A stretch of DNA of 64,000 bases from Podarcis erhardii (lineage: Eukaryota): the NCBI GenBank assembly GCA_964252035.1, contig OZ176203.1. One strand, given 5' to 3'. The notes beneath the pieces were generated by a model. It was not told the origin of the DNA. It was given only the letters and a program-made list of their open reading frames with translations, and made no database searches. Positions 63,840 through 64,000 of this stretch are shown in pieces. Every line of letters begins with the position of its first letter. The stretch's first letter is position 1. A program made the position numbers and the translations under genes.

Positions 63840-64000
63840 TAAGGGTTTCCAGGCCTTTATAGCCAGAAAAGCCCACCGAAACGGCCCAGATTCAGAGTTA
63901 CCAGTCCAAAAACAGGATTGCACTGGGAAGTTGAAACCCACTGCAATCTGCTACCGACAGCAACCACTTAAGAGTGTCCTATGGCCCAAATAAATACATT

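Overview
Vertebrate genomic DNA; the repeat content (Sauria SINE, tRNA/CORE SINEs, L2, Penelope-like, hAT and Tc1/mariner MITEs) points to a squamate, probably a lacertid lizard. The only recognisable protein-coding gene is SIM2. Its first coding exon (57423-57597, +, 175 nt, bHLH domain) sits in a GC/CpG-rich promoter domain spanning roughly 46-63 kb, and I found no exon 2 in the window. The upstream ~55 kb is intergenic and repeat-rich, and many insertions have readable TSDs. The most interesting objects are two diverged, apparently full-length ~2.15-kb non-autonomous L1-type elements (13490-15657 and 38437-40562, both minus strand). Each has an 18-bp TSD, a shared 5' end, a single ~225-aa coiled-coil ORF, an out-of-frame remnant of an ORF2 C-terminus and an A-rich tail, i.e. 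a HAL1-like 'half-L1' architecture. Also notable: a hAT MITE family carrying a CCCTAA-containing VNTR, two short Penelope-like insertions with inversions, and an overlapping uORF plus (CCG)10 in the SIM2 leader. Two assembly gaps are present. All calls were made by eye; no database searches were run.
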